Origin: Acidimicrobiales bacterium
GTDB taxonomy: Bacteria; Actinomycetota; Acidimicrobiia; Acidimicrobiales; CATQHL01
Assembly (NCBI GenBank): GCA_963668565.2
Contig: CAXXMX010000003.1
Span: 8,932 to 72,931, forward strand
Reading direction: 5' to 3'
DNA length: 64,000 nt
Notes under the pieces: generated by a model
Databases searched by the model: none
Told to the model about the DNA's origin: nothing
Seen by the model: only the letters and a program-made list of their open reading frames with translations
In this document: positions 31,940 to 41,663 of the stretch, piece after piece
Layout of the letters: each line of letters opens with the position of its first letter
Numbering within the stretch: the first letter of the stretch is position 1
Program-made: the position numbers and the translations under genes

Positions 31940-34840
31940 ATGACGTTCCCGGGGCCTGCGGAGTTGGGGCGGGGGCTGGTGGTTGCTGCCGGCTCAACGC
32001 TTGGTGCCGATCTGGCCGCGGCGCAGAGCTGGGAGCGGGTACGGCTGGACACGGCGCTACTGGCCGATGGGACGCCCGGTACCAGACCCCCGCCGGACGA
32101 CAACGGCGCACGGCCCCCAGACGCCGGTGGACTGCGCAACGTGACGAACGGGCGACCGCGCGACCGCGGCGGGCTGCTGGGTGAGACCGTGGAACGGCTG
32201 CACCGGGCATGGGCGTCCCGTCGGCCGGTCGTCGTGGAGCTGGACCTGGCAGACGACACGCTGCGAGCGCTGCGGCAGCCAGTCATCACCGAACACCCTC
32301 CGTACTTGCTCGACGCGGAGTTCACGCTGTTGACCGAGCGGCTGCAGTTCCTGCTGTGGCGCAACAACTACGACGCCCGCAGCGGCGAGCCCGTGTGGTG
32401 GTGGGCGCGCAAGGCCTCGGCTTTCGGAGCGACCATCGGTGGTGGGGCCGACGTGGTGCTGCGCGACGGCACCGAAGCCTGGGTGGACGGCGGCCCTCGC
32501 CAACCCCTGGACCTGCCGGTCGTACACGCCGAGTCACTGGAGTTGGGGCGCCTGCGGCTCCAACCCCCGCCGGGGGTCGCCACCGGCGACGGCACCTTGC
32601 TGGCGCCCGACCAGCAGGCGGCCGTGGAGCATCCCCGCGGTCCGGTACGGGTGGTGGCGCCGGCAGGTTCCGGCAAGACCCGCACGCTGAACGCCCGGCT
32701 GTTGCACCTCGTCGACGACCGGGGAGTCGAGCCGGCGATCGTCACCGCTGTGGCCTACAACAACCGGGCGGCGGCGGAAATGCGAGAGCGGCTCCAGCGG
32801 CCGGACCTGCAGATCCGCACGATCCATTCGCTCGGCTGGCGGATCGTCCGGGACGTGCGACCCGACGCCACGCTGCTCGGTGAGCGGGACGTGCGGGGCC
32901 GCCTGCAGCGGATCCTGCCCCAAACCCGCAGGGCCGGCACCGACGTGTTCGGCCCGTACATCGAGGCGCTGGCCGATGTGCGCATCGCCCTGCGGCACCC
33001 CGAGACGGTCGAGACCGAGCGCAACGACGTGCTGGGCTTCGCCGGGATCTTCGAGACCTACCGCGCCGGGCTGGCCGAGCGGGACGAGTGCGACTACGAC
33101 GAGCAGGTCTACGAGGCCATCCGGCTGCTGCTCGCCGACCCCGACCTGCGGGCACGCTGGCAGGGGCGCTGCCGGCACCTGCTGGTGGACGAGTTCCAGG
33201 ACCTGACGCCGGCCTACCTGCTGCTGCTGCGCCTGCTGGCCTCGCCCGGGCTGAACGTGTTCGGCGTGGGCGACGACGACCAGACCATCTACGGCTACGC
33301 CGGCGCCGATCCCCGCTTCCTGCTGGAGTACGAGCAGTTGTTCCCGGGCGCCGGGGAGGCCGCCCTGGAGGTCTCCTACCGCTGCCCGCCCGAGGTGGTG
33401 GCTGCCGTCGGCAAGCTGCTGGTGCACAACCTGCGACGCCTGCCAAAGACAGTGCGGGCCGCCTCGGCCGCCGGGCCGGCCACCCCGGACGCCGGAACTC
33501 CCAACACCGACGAGCCGGGCGCCGCGAGCTCCGGCTCCCCCGACCCCGGCAACCTTCCGACGGGCGCCGCCAGTTCCGGCGCCTTCAGAATCCTCCGGCT
33601 GCCCGACGAGCAGTTGGCGGCGGAGGCCGCGGCGCAGGTCACCGCCTGGCGAACCGAAGGGGTGCCGGAGTCCGACATCGCGGTACTGGCGCGGGTCAAC
33701 TCGATGCTGCTGCCGACGCTGGCGGCGCTGGACGAGGCCGGCATTGGCACCCGCTGCGTTCTCGGGATCACTCTCATGCAACGGAACCTGGTCCGGGCCG
33801 CGCTGGCGTGGATGCGGCTGGCGCTGGGACCCGACTCGATGGATGCTCGCGACCTCAACGAGGCGGTGCGGCGGCCCGGCCGGAAGATCAACCGCCCGGC
33901 CAGGGACCTACTTGAGGGTGTCTGGGATGTGTCGCTTGAACAGCTCGCGGCCCTGGGCAAGGACCTCAACGAGCGCCACAGCGAAGCCTGGGGTGGTTTC
34001 ATCGCCGACATCGCTGCCGCGGCCCGCGTCGTGAGCGCCGGCGGCGACTCCCGCACCCTGGTCGACTTCCTGATGAGCAACGTGGGGCTGGGACGCGCCG
34101 CCGGCTCGCTGGATTCCGGGCGCACACGACCCGACAGGGCGGCCCACGCCGACGACCTCCTGGCTCTGCGTCGCACCGCCGCCGTCTACAGCGACCCTGC
34201 CGGGTTCGGGAGGCGGCTCGCGGGCCTGCTGCGGGGCACCTCCGAGGCGGGCGAGGGGGTCACCCTCACCAGCATCCACCGCGTCAAGGGCCTGGAGTGG
34301 GACCGCGTCCTCGTGTTCGGCGCCGACGAGACGCTGATGCCTCACCAACTCGCCACCGACATCGAGGAGGAGCGGCGCGTGCTGCACGTGGCCATCACCC
34401 GGGGCTGCAGCCAGGTCGTCGTGCTGGCCGACGAGAAGCAACCTTCCCGCTTCCTGGACGAACTGGAGGGCCGCCCGCCCAAGCCCCGCCCGCCGAAGCC
34501 CGACCCCGAACGCACCCCGATGCGCGCAGCGAGCCGAGACCCGAAGCGCGCCGGATCCGCCGCGTCGGCCGCTCCGGGGGACGACGAGCCCTACGACGAG
34601 GCACTGTTCGAGACCCTCCGCCAATGGCGTCTCGAGGAGGCCCGGCGGCAGAAGGTGCGCGCCTTTCACGTTTTCGGCAACCGGGTGTTGAAGAACATCG
34701 CCCGACGCAAACCCTCAACCGACTTAGATCTGGCAGCCGTGTCCGGCGTCGGGCCGGCCAAGATGGCCGCTTACGGCGAAGCCGTGGTGACGATTGTCCG
34801 CGCGCATCGCCGTTCACCTGAGAGTCCCCACGGCGATTGA
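31940..34840 (+). CDS. UvrD/REP-family helicase with C-terminal HRDC domain
   Basis: APAGSGKT, LVDEFQD, VGDDDQTIY, VKGLEW, EERRVLHVAITR; LFETLRQWR HRDC. Confidence 0.93.
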   Translation: MTFPGPAELGRGLVVAAGSTLGADLAAAQSWERVRLDTALLADGTPGTRPPPDDNGARPPDAGGLRNVTNGRPRDRGGLLGETVERLHRAWASRRPVVVELDLADDTLRALRQPVITEHPPYLLDAEFTLLTERLQFLLWRNNYDARSGEPVWWWARKASAFGATIGGGADVVLRDGTEAWVDGGPRQPLDLPVVHAESLELGRLRLQPPPGVATGDGTLLAPDQQAAVEHPRGPVRVVAPAGSGKTRTLNARLLHLVDDRGVEPAIVTAVAYNNRAAAEMRERLQRPDLQIRTIHSLGWRIVRDVRPDATLLGERDVRGRLQRILPQTRRAGTDVFGPYIEALADVRIALRHPETVETERNDVLGFAGIFETYRAGLAERDECDYDEQVYEAIRLLLADPDLRARWQGRCRHLLVDEFQDLTPAYLLLLRLLASPGLNVFGVGDDDQTIYGYAGADPRFLLEYEQLFPGAGEAALEVSYRCPPEVVAAVGKLLVHNLRRLPKTVRAASAAGPATPDAGTPNTDEPGAASSGSPDPGNLPTGAASSGAFRILRLPDEQLAAEAAAQVTAWRTEGVPESDIAVLARVNSMLLPTLAALDEAGIGTRCVLGITLMQRNLVRAALAWMRLALGPDSMDARDLNEAVRRPGRKINRPARDLLEGVWDVSLEQLAALGKDLNERHSEAWGGFIADIAAAARVVSAGGDSRTLVDFLMSNVGLGRAAGSLDSGRTRPDRAAHADDLLALRRTAAVYSDPAGFGRRLAGLLRGTSEAGEGVTLTSIHRVKGLEWDRVLVFGADETLMPHQLATDIEEERRVLHVAITRGCSQVVVLADEKQPSRFLDELEGRPPKPRPPKPDPERTPMRAASRDPKRAGSAASAAPGDDEPYDEALFETLRQWRLEEARRQKVRAFHVFGNRVLKNIARRKPSTDLDLAAVSGVGPAKMAAYGEAVVTIVRAHRRSPESPHGD

Positions 34841-34868
34841 GGGTGTTACGAGTCCTGCACCGGCCTAG

Positions 34869-34967
34869 GTGGCTGGTGCCAAACTCCCGAAATGGGGATT
34901 CTGCGATCACAAACCCCCAGGTCAGCGACTTGCAGATTGCGACAAATTGCTATTTTGCACCAGCCTC
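34869..34967. mobile_element. 99-bp MITE (IS5-family-like)
   Basis: 15-bp terminal inverted repeats with 13/15 match; CTAG on both flanks (34865-34868, 34968-34971). Confidence 0.7.
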
Positions 34968-35006
34968 CTAGGAGACTGCCGAGCAATGCTGCGGGCCACG
35001 CCCTCT

Positions 35007-35032
35007 GTCATTCCGGCGAGGGACGAAATCCA
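35007..35032. repeat. Degenerate REP-like palindrome
   Basis: gtcattccggcgagggacgaaatcca. Confidence 0.55.
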
Positions 35033-35093
35033 TGGTCCAGCAGATCCGACGGAGCCTGGCGTCGATTACCCAGCACACTCCTAGAGTTGGGCT

Positions 35094-35591
35094 ATGGCTC
35101 TCACTGACGAACTCGTCAACAGGCTCACCTGGAAGATCCCGAATGCGCTGGCGCTGATCGGGTCCCGGGCGGGCTCCGAACGCAACGGCATGACGGCGAG
35201 CTGGATCTCCCAGCTGTCGATGGAGCCGGTGCTGATCGGGGTGTCGGTGGAGAACACCGCCGTGACGCACCGGCTGATCAGCGAGGGTGGATCGTTCACC
35301 GTGAACCTCTGGGATGCGGAGCAGACAAGGGTGTTCGTGAAGTTCTCCAAGCCGGCCGCCTACGCCGACGGCACGCTGAACGGGCGGCCGGTGCGGGAGG
35401 CCACCACCGGGGCGCCGGTCTTTACCGAGTCGATCGCCTGGCTGGACTGCGAGGTGCGTCACGCGCTGGACCTCGGCACGCACACGCTGTTCGTGGGCGA
35501 GTTGGTAGACGGCGGCATCAACAACGACGATCCCCGGGCCGCCTCCATGAGCGACACCCGCATGAAGTACGGCGGCGTCAAGCGCCACTAG
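35094..35591 (+). CDS. Flavin reductase-like protein
   Basis: NGMTASW, GAPV, GTHTLFVGE. Confidence 0.9.
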   Translation: MALTDELVNRLTWKIPNALALIGSRAGSERNGMTASWISQLSMEPVLIGVSVENTAVTHRLISEGGSFTVNLWDAEQTRVFVKFSKPAAYADGTLNGRPVREATTGAPVFTESIAWLDCEVRHALDLGTHTLFVGELVDGGINNDDPRAASMSDTRMKYGGVKRH

Positions 35592-35645
35592 GCCCAAGCC
35601 CAGCCGGCGGCGCGTCACTCACCGGCCAGGCGAACCCCTCCACAT

Positions 35646-35672
35646 GTCATTCCGGCGAAGGCCGGAATCCAG
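35646..35672. repeat. REP-like palindrome
   Basis: gtcattccggcgaaggccggaatccag, identical to 54210-54236. Confidence 0.8.
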
Positions 35673-35875
35673 GGTCGAACGAATCCGTGCCTGTGGCAGT
35701 TGGCGGTCCGGCGCCTGCGGGGAGGCAGTGTCCCCTCGGGCGGTGGGGTTTGAGGTAGCTGGGAGGGTCCAGATCGAGTGCCCGTATCTGTATCTGGACG
35801 CCACCTATCTGAACGTGCGCAACAACCTCTCCCAGCCCGCCTCCATGGCCACCGTCGTCGCCAGGCGGGCGACGC

Positions 35876-37270
35876 TCATGTTGCGCCACATCCAGGAGGG
35901 GAGCGCCTCAACGGCTCGGGAATCATGTCGCCGTGCGCCTCGATCAGATCGTCCACCAGAGACCAGATCTGGTCGAGGTCGAGCTCGCTGGCGGTTCGGG
36001 GATCGAGCATGGCGGCGTGGTACACGCACTCGCGGTCCCCTGACGTCAGCGCCTCGACGGTCATCCGTTGGGGCGCGATGTTCGTTGTGATGAGCGCTGC
36101 CAGATGCGGTGGTATGCGCCCAACGGCTGCCGGTGAGAGGCCCTCAGCGTTCGCGGTCGCAGGAACTTCGACGATGCACTCGCTAGGAAGGTTCTCGATC
36201 AGGTCGCCATTCCGGACATTGACGTACACGGTTCGCTCAGTTCCGGTCTCGATGCTGTGGATGATCTGGGGCGCGAACTCGCCGCTACAGGGAACCTCCA
36301 CGGAGTGGGAGGGATCCTCGAGGCGGGCCCGCAAGTCATCCCATCCCGCGATCTGCAGTTCGCAGCGCCGTATGTACTCACGTACGGGAACCTGGAAACG
36401 CTCGGCCAGATCAGGGCGGTGGCTCTTGAGAAAGTACGGGGTGTACTCAGCGAAGTGCTCGCTCGACTCCGTCACGAAGTAGCCGACGCGGCGCAACATC
36501 TCGTAGCGGACCGAGTCGGGAAGGCCCCACTCGCCGCGCTTGGGGGCGTCGGCGGGGTCCGGGTACAGCCGCTTGAGTTCCGGATAGAGGTCGCGGCCGC
36601 GATGCTCAAGGCGGAGGAAGAAGGCCATGTGGTTGATGCCGGCCACGACGTAGTCGAGATCCTCCACGGCGATTCCGAGGTCCGAGGCCAAGTGGGCGGC
36701 GGTTAGGGGCACGCTGTGACACAGTCCGTATGCCTCCACCTCGCAGAACTCGGCCAGTCCCCACATGTTGATGGCCATCGGATTCGCGTAGTTGAGAAGC
36801 ACGGCGGCGGGGCACCGCCTCTTCATCGCTTCAGCCACCTCCACGAGGGCCGGGACGGTCCGCAGGCCCCGCATGATGCCGCCGATGCCGACCGTGTCGG
36901 CGATCGTCTGCTGGAGCCCGTAGCCCTCGGGCATATCGAAGTCGATGACTGTGGCCGGCTCGTATCCGCCGACCTGGAACATCGTGACCACGTAGTCGGC
37001 GCCCTCGAGGGCTGCCTCGAGGTCGGTGGTCGCCCTGACGCGCGCCGCGGCGCCCCGTGCCTGGACCAGTCGCAGGGCCACGATCTCCGACGTCGCAAGC
37101 CTGCGCTCGTCGATGTCGTGCAGACGCAAGTCGAGTTCGTCGCGCAGATCGGCGAAGGCGAGCAGATCACAGACGAGGCCACGGGCGAACACCGTGCTTC
37201 CCGCCCCGATGAATGCGACCGCTACCACTTTGCTCCTCGTCGCCGAAGGCTGCTCCTCAACTGATCGCAC
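35876..37270 (-). CDS. melA: GH4 alpha-galactosidase
   Basis: FIGAGSTVF, LNYANPM, GLCHSV, AGINH, TESSEHFAEY. Confidence 0.9.
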   Translation of the reverse strand: MRSVEEQPSATRSKVVAVAFIGAGSTVFARGLVCDLLAFADLRDELDLRLHDIDERRLATSEIVALRLVQARGAAARVRATTDLEAALEGADYVVTMFQVGGYEPATVIDFDMPEGYGLQQTIADTVGIGGIMRGLRTVPALVEVAEAMKRRCPAAVLLNYANPMAINMWGLAEFCEVEAYGLCHSVPLTAAHLASDLGIAVEDLDYVVAGINHMAFFLRLEHRGRDLYPELKRLYPDPADAPKRGEWGLPDSVRYEMLRRVGYFVTESSEHFAEYTPYFLKSHRPDLAERFQVPVREYIRRCELQIAGWDDLRARLEDPSHSVEVPCSGEFAPQIIHSIETGTERTVYVNVRNGDLIENLPSECIVEVPATANAEGLSPAAVGRIPPHLAALITTNIAPQRMTVEALTSGDRECVYHAAMLDPRTASELDLDQIWSLVDDLIEAHGDMIPEPLRRSPPGCGAT

Positions 37271-37320
37271 CCTAAGGTGTTGTCAGCGCTGACGCCAGCG
37301 ATGACACCAACGCATCAATT

Positions 37321-37425
37321 TCATGCTGGCCGCTCATGGAGCCGAGCGGCGACGCCGGCCGCGTTGAAGAAGGCGAAGAACTGGACAGCCTCCCACAGGC
37401 CGGCGCCGCCGGCGTGGGGAGTCAC
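37321..37425 (-). pseudogene. Remnant of L-fuconate dehydratase-like enolase
   Basis: 34-codon ORF with PHAGGAGLWEAVQ, resembling the PHAGGVGLCELVQ motif. Confidence 0.5.
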
Positions 37426-39512
37426 GTCGACTCCTGTGTTGATCGGTTGGTCCAGAGACCGGCGTGCAGCGCGGCTCCGACCACTCCGCTGAGATCCCCG
37501 TGCATAGCCAGGGCGACCGGAGGCGGCGGCCTCGATGGCGCTAGGAGAGCAGCAAGCCGCGGACCTACAGCCTGTAGGAGTTCCCAGCCTGCGTTGGCGA
37601 GCCCACCTCCTAAGACCACTATCTCTGGATCGCAAAGGCACACGCCTGTGGCGAGACCGTGGGCCAGTGCGTCCATGGCGGTGGACCAGACCCGCGCCGC
37701 GACGGGATCCTCGGACAATGAGGCCACAATCTGCGCGACGCCGAGGGCTTGTCCGGTCTCTCGACAGTAGGCGTCACTGATGGCTCGCCCGGATGCCACC
37801 CGCTCAAGGGGGCGACTGTCGCTGCCAACCGGCACGAATCCCATCTCGCCTGCCAGTTGCGAGCCACCGCGTTCGGTGCCAGCGAGAGTGAAGTGGCGCG
37901 AAGCCACGCGCGTTCCGACAGACACGTACAACATCGACGCAGCGCCCACTCCGCGGCCCGTTTCCCACTCGGCTCGGGCCCCGAGGTAGACGTCATGGTC
38001 CAACACGACTGGCAGCCCAAGGCCTCGACCGACCTCTGTACGAACATTGACATCGCGCCACCCCAGACTCGCCGCTTCAATCACGACGCCGGATGGACCG
38101 CCAACTATGCCCGCACACCCAATCCCGACTCCACGGACATCGGCACCCTCCGCGGTGCGCACGAGTTCGTCGATCGCTTCACGGATGGCTGCCAGGACCG
38201 AGGCGACGGGCTGGTCCGGCCCTGTGCTGCCCCGCAGCACTCGGCCCAACTTCACGCCGTCGAACACGGCCGCCTTGAAGGCGGTACCGCCAATGTCGAC
38301 TCCAATGGCGGCAGATGTGAGCTTCTCGGATTCCGGCTTCCTCTCGGGCGATGGGGATTGGGGAACGCTGATGCGCTCGGTCCGGCGGTAGGCGATCCTT
38401 CCTTCGAGCACGGTGGCTACCGGCCGAAGCTGCGCGTCCACGATGACGATGTCAGCGCGCCGGTCGGGTGCTAACCGTCCTCGGTCGGTGTCATGGAGCA
38501 GATCGGCCGGGTTTGTCGAAGAGATCGCGGCCAGCTCATCCCATGTGGCGCCGGTGACTCTCTGCACCTGCCGGACCGCCTCTGGCATCGCGAGCAACGA
38601 GCCGGCGAGACTTCCATCGCCGTCACGGGCCGCTTCACCGCACTCGACGATCTCGCTTCCGATGCGGTAGGTACCGGCCGGCGCGCCCATGCCGGCCATC
38701 GCGTCGGTAACCAGGCAGATGCGGCCGGGTCCTGCCAGGCGCCAAGCGATCTGGATGGCCTCCTCGCTGAGATGATGACCATCGGCGATAAGCGAGACAT
38801 AGGCGTGGGAGTGCAGTAGCCCGGCACCAGCCGCGCCGACCTCACGGTGGTGCAGCGGTCCCATCCCGTTGAAGACATGGGTTAGTGCCGACGCGCCTGC
38901 GTCCAGCGCGGCGGACGTCTGCGCCGCAGTTGCGGCGGTGTGTCCGAGCGAAACTGCAATCCCCGCCTTGGCCAGCCGCGCAATCGAGTTCGATGCGCTC
39001 TCCACCTCAGGGGCGACGGTCACAAGAGCAACTACGTCCGCCTCGCGGAGGATTTCGACTGAGAGTCCTTCAGGGCCGCTCACCAGTTCGGTGCGCGGAT
39101 GGACGCCCGCGTAGTCGGGCGCGAGCGCGGGCCCCTCGATGTGCAGGCCGAGCGGCATCGCGCCCCGATACCCGGCCGGCCGGGATCTGATCGCGTCATA
39201 GGCGGCTTGCCGCCGCTGAGGGGGCGACGATATGACCGTGGGTAGGAATGCGGTCACGCCATGGCTCAAGAGCCGCTCGCCGATCGACCACATCTTCAAG
39301 GGGTCGGTCGTGATGTCGTGGCCGAAGGCACCGTTCAGTTGCAGGTCGACGAATCCAGGCAGGGCCACGTGGGGTGTGAAGTCCAGATCCGCGTCGCCAT
39401 CCGGGCCGGTGAGGGGCAACGGACCCACCTCGACGATGCGGTCGGAGGCGACGACGATGCGGGCGCAGTAGAGCCCACCCCGTCCGTTCGGCAACATGGC
39501 GGCTAGGCGCAT
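37422..39512 (-). CDS. N-acetylhexosamine-6-phosphate deacetylase (NagA) fused to a ROK kinase; start uncertain
   Basis: PGFVDLQLNG, HIEGP, THVFNGM, VTDAM, then GVDIGGT, AGEMG, VVLGGG in one frame. Confidence 0.85.
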   Translation of the reverse strand: MRLAAMLPNGRGGLYCARIVVASDRIVEVGPLPLTGPDGDADLDFTPHVALPGFVDLQLNGAFGHDITTDPLKMWSIGERLLSHGVTAFLPTVISSPPQRRQAAYDAIRSRPAGYRGAMPLGLHIEGPALAPDYAGVHPRTELVSGPEGLSVEILREADVVALVTVAPEVESASNSIARLAKAGIAVSLGHTAATAAQTSAALDAGASALTHVFNGMGPLHHREVGAAGAGLLHSHAYVSLIADGHHLSEEAIQIAWRLAGPGRICLVTDAMAGMGAPAGTYRIGSEIVECGEAARDGDGSLAGSLLAMPEAVRQVQRVTGATWDELAAISSTNPADLLHDTDRGRLAPDRRADIVIVDAQLRPVATVLEGRIAYRRTERISVPQSPSPERKPESEKLTSAAIGVDIGGTAFKAAVFDGVKLGRVLRGSTGPDQPVASVLAAIREAIDELVRTAEGADVRGVGIGCAGIVGGPSGVVIEAASLGWRDVNVRTEVGRGLGLPVVLDHDVYLGARAEWETGRGVGAASMLYVSVGTRVASRHFTLAGTERGGSQLAGEMGFVPVGSDSRPLERVASGRAISDAYCRETGQALGVAQIVASLSEDPVAARVWSTAMDALAHGLATGVCLCDPEIVVLGGGLANAGWELLQAVGPRLAALLAPSRPPPPVALAMHGDLSGVVGAALHAGLWTNRSTQEST

Positions 39513-39594
39513 GTCGCTCGGCCCCCGGTGCGTTCCTCGACAATGTGTTGTGACCGCGACCCGGGGGACGACCCCTTCGACGGGACGACGCCCT

Positions 39595-40100
39595 TCAGCA
39601 TTGCCCCACCCGGGCTCGGTCAGCCGACTCGAAGGCGTCGACGACAGCGAGGAAGTTGTCACCGATCGTTGCTTCAGCCTCGGTCTGGGTGGTCTCGCGG
39701 TTGCACAGCACCAGGATTGGCTCCCGCCAGATGGAGCGACCGACGGCGAAACCCCGATAGTGCTCGTTGCCGCCTCGGCAGGAAAACGCCTGCCGCAGCC
39801 CGCCGATGTCGGATCCTCCCCCCAAGATGAGAATCCCCGCGTCCTGGCGGGCCGATGCCACGAACGCATTCCCGAACCCTCCTCGGAGCGCGAGCAGCTC
39901 CCGACGCAGGACGGCGGCTGCCGCGTCGGGGCGGAGCGTGTCGCCTCCTGACTCCTCCAGGGCGAGGGCGACCCGGACGCCGGCCGAGTCGGCTTCACAC
40001 CCGATGCGCTCGTTGCCGCGGTCGATGAGTACGGCAACGTCGGCGTCTTCGGCAACGCGAGGCAGCGCCGTCTTCAGGCCCTGCCAGACGATCAGCTTCA
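39595..40100 (-). pseudogene. DUF2090/IolC C-terminal-like aldolase fragment
   Basis: KLIVWQG, ILILGGG, GFAVGRSIW motifs; N-terminus and apparently a central part missing. Confidence 0.55.
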
Positions 40101-40301
40101 ACTCACTTCGGCGAGATGCGCAGCTGAGCCGCACCCAATGTGCAAACACGACCCGGAGACCAGAAATCGATGAAGTTGCTCAGCTGCGACCCCTTCACCA
40201 ACGGCGACAGGCCACAGCTCTGGCTGCGACACGATCTCGGCTCGGGTGTTAGAACCCGGTCCGAGGTCGTCCCGTCGTGACATCCTACGAGTGCGTTTCA
40301 T
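40098..40301 (-). pseudogene. Truncated SIS-domain (AgaS/GlmS-like) gene
   Basis: TRAEIVSQPELW...HIGCGSA, then stop at 67 aa. Confidence 0.55.
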
Positions 40302-41584
40302 CGCGAGCCTCTGCGCAGGATCTGGGAAGTGTCTGCATCAAATACTGTTCGCGGGTCAACGACTTCGCCACGAACTCGGGATTCTTCGAGCGCGAATCCA
40401 ACACGGTGGCTTCTGAGCGCTTCGGAGAAAGAATGAAGTCCCTTATCGCTAGGCTCCCTCATCTCGGCCATGAACGCTCCAACGACTCCCTCGTCTCCTC
40501 CGGCGTGCCCGCTGGCGATGTCATGGCCTGACGTTGCGACGGTGTATCTCTTTCGCTTGCGATCGTAGAACGAATAGACTTCGATGCCAGAGGTGGTGAC
40601 TATCGCCTCCGCTCGGGTCCCGCCAAGAACGGTGTGCCGACTCCTGAGTTCGCTGAACGCGCTAACGGTGATCGTAGCTGTCTGGCCTCCCTTGAAGAAC
40701 AGATTCGATACCTGGTTGTCCATCACGTTGTTGTCACTGTCATAAACACAGATGCCGTAGGGACCTGTCTCAAGCGCCTCTAGAACGCCGTCACGGGTGC
40801 GACTCTCGGTGATGGTGGAGACTGGATGGCCAAACTCGCCCCGGTCTGCCGCTGCGAGATAGATGGCCTTTGCATCGTAGGCGCAGTCAATCGAGCAGTC
40901 CACGCACCTTGCGGCAGCTCCTGGAGGTTTCGAACCGTTCACAAAGTAGCGAAGCGAACCGAACGACGACACCGCCGTGACCTCGTCTGAGATCAGACTC
41001 ATGACCCAGTCGACATCGTGACAGGCCTTGCTGACAATGAGCGGAGCCGCACTTCGGGTGGAACGCCATCTTCCGCGTGCGTACGAGTGTGAGAAATGCC
41101 AGAATCCAACAGGTTCGAGGTGATGAACGTTGATGATCTCACCAAGGACACCGTCCGCAATCAACTCATTCAGGCGCGCTGTGTACGGCGCGTAGCGCAG
41201 AACATGAGCGACAAGAATCGGCGCAGGATCATCGGGGAGCCCGTCGAAGAGGCGCTGGCACTCCGACCACGTATGACCGATGGGCTTCTCTAGCAGCATC
41301 GGAACTCTGAGCATTGCGAAGCGCAACGCGGGGTCGACGTGAAGATCGTCTCTAGTCGCGATCACGATTCCGTCGATTTGGCCTCGGGAGAGGTCCAGGC
41401 TCTCCCAGCTGGCCACGGCGCCAGTCGCCATGATCGAGTGTCGATCCATAAACGCTTGTCGGCGAGTGTCGTTCGGCTCAGCAACCGCCACAATGACGGC
41501 ACCTAGGTTTGAGAGGATGTCCGCGTAGCGGTTGCCGCGATCACCTGCTCCGATCACGGCAACCCGATGAATCGACCTGCTCAT
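40298..41584 (-). CDS. Gfo/Idh/MocA oxidoreductase
   Basis: VIGAGDRG, LLEKP, HSYARGRW, KACHDVD. Confidence 0.9.
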   Translation of the reverse strand: MSRSIHRVAVIGAGDRGNRYADILSNLGAVIVAVAEPNDTRRQAFMDRHSIMATGAVASWESLDLSRGQIDGIVIATRDDLHVDPALRFAMLRVPMLLEKPIGHTWSECQRLFDGLPDDPAPILVAHVLRYAPYTARLNELIADGVLGEIINVHHLEPVGFWHFSHSYARGRWRSTRSAAPLIVSKACHDVDWVMSLISDEVTAVSSFGSLRYFVNGSKPPGAAARCVDCSIDCAYDAKAIYLAAADRGEFGHPVSTITESRTRDGVLEALETGPYGICVYDSDNNVMDNQVSNLFFKGGQTATITVSAFSELRSRHTVLGGTRAEAIVTTSGIEVYSFYDRKRKRYTVATSGHDIASGHAGGDEGVVGAFMAEMREPSDKGLHSFSEALRSHRVGFALEESRVRGEVVDPRTVFDADTSQILRRGSR

Positions 41585-41663
41585 CGAATCAACTAGCCCC
41601 TGGGGCTCTTGCCGAGGTCGGGCGTTCGGGTACTCCAAGCGATGTTACGTGTGATGCTGACGG

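Noticed and set aside
27121-32210. Long antisense ORFs (689 and 870 aa), and similar ones at 3871-6075, 7859-9682 and 21764-23356
   Set aside because: These are shadow ORFs opposite well-supported genes, expected at high GC.
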